Shown here in pieces: positions 23,606-24,000 of a stretch of DNA of 24,000 nt; within the stretch, counting starts at the first letter, position 1; every line of letters starts with the position of its first letter. This stretch comes from Selenomonas ruminantium (GTDB taxonomy: Bacteria; Bacillota; Negativicutes; Selenomonadales; Selenomonadaceae). The DNA is taken from NCBI RefSeq assembly GCF_015058625.1, contig NZ_SVCA01000009.1, one strand, 5' to 3'. The translations under genes were made by a program, and so were the position numbers. Below the pieces are notes generated by a model, which was given only the letters and a program-made list of their open reading frames with translations, made no database searches and had not been told where the DNA came from.

Positions 23606-24000
23606 TCAGGTATAGCCGTTCAGGACCACATCCACCTTCCCGGTGCGGGGGTGGAAAATCAGGCCGTGAATGGGCACATCAGCGGGAATCAGAGGATTGA
23701 GGCGGATGCGTTCTACCGTATCGATGACATTTTGCTCGGGATGGTGGAATTCATCCGCCCATTCTGTGAGTTCCTTCTTTATCATATGGATGGCTTCTTT
23801 TGAAATGCCTCGTTCTACCATGGATTTTATGAGGCTTTCCGAAGTGGTGTTGGCCATGCCGCATTCGTGATGGCCGATGACGATAATCTCCTTGACGCCC
23901 AGTTCATAAATACATACGAGCAGGCTCCGAATGGTGCCATCAAATACGCCGGTAATGCCATTGCCGGCGGTTTTTATTACCTTGGCTTCCCCGCGGCCAA
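23606..24000 (-). CDS. Beta-class carbonic-anhydrase-like protein (N-terminus outside the window)
   Basis: The reading frame stays open to the window edge upstream of the ORF-track Met: ...KTAGNGITGVFDGTIRSLLVCIYELGVKEIIVIGHHECGMANTT.... This shows the beta-CA GHxxCG zinc motif and the xxAGN region. Confidence 0.75.
   Translation of the reverse strand, partial: GRGEAKVIKTAGNGITGVFDGTIRSLLVCIYELGVKEIIVIGHHECGMANTTSESLIKSMVERGISKEAIHMIKKELTEWADEFHHPEQNVIDTVERIRLNPLIPADVPIHGLIFHPRTGKVDVVLNGYT

Noticed and set aside
23603-23608. Convergent genes whose stop codons abut (TAA at 23603-23605 on the plus strand, TGA at 23608-23606 on the minus strand), with no intergenic terminator.
   Set aside because: This is unusual but not informative on its own. 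No hairpin or conserved element is visible, so it is probably just compact gene packing.
1-24000. Mobile-element hallmarks, CRISPR arrays, and tRNA or rRNA genes.
   Set aside because: I found no transposase or integrase-like translation, no regularly spaced direct repeats, and no tRNA-like T-arm/acceptor pattern on either strand.

Overview
This is a chromosomal window from a Bacillota-type genome. That placement is an inference from gene content: a yybP-ykoY riboswitch in front of terC, an LCP protein, YitT and fruR-fruK-fruA. It may be a Negativicute, but I cannot confirm that without a search.

The window opens in the 3' end of gyrB and contains a complete gyrA. About 7 kb of other genes separates the two:
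- a HAD-hydrolase remnant
- a lower-GC AAA_14/DUF4143 ATPase
- a Mn2+-riboswitch-controlled terC-htpX pair
- a divergent guanylate-kinase-like gene
- a ThrC-like PLP enzyme
- a Ppx/GppA phosphatase

Downstream of gyrA, in order:
- a small AT-rich PBECR-like gene
- malic enzyme
- an LCP protein
- a CYTH protein
- a dense DnaA-box cluster
- MgtC
- a cytidine-deaminase homolog with degenerate zinc ligands
- a hypothetical protein
- a noncoding locus of about 500 bp
- an NCS2 purine permease
- the fruR-fruK-fruA operon
- YitT
- an exported hypothetical protein
- a partial beta-carbonic anhydrase

I saw no rRNA, tRNA, CRISPR array, transposase or integrase.

The most interesting signals are noncoding:
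1. A candidate type I toxin-antitoxin-like module sits just upstream of gyrA. It has a 20-aa hydrophobic peptide, a 5'-3' long-distance pairing and a convergent antisense promoter.
2. Two divergently oriented, homologous structured RNAs of about 205 nt lie at 16.1-16.6 kb. Compensatory changes and strand-specific G-U pairs support them.
3. Nine DnaA boxes fall within about 280 bp at 13.9-14.2 kb.
4. A 106-nt three-way-junction leader precedes the purine permease, where a purine riboswitch would normally be expected.

All functional calls come from reading the translations and motifs by eye. No database search was run.
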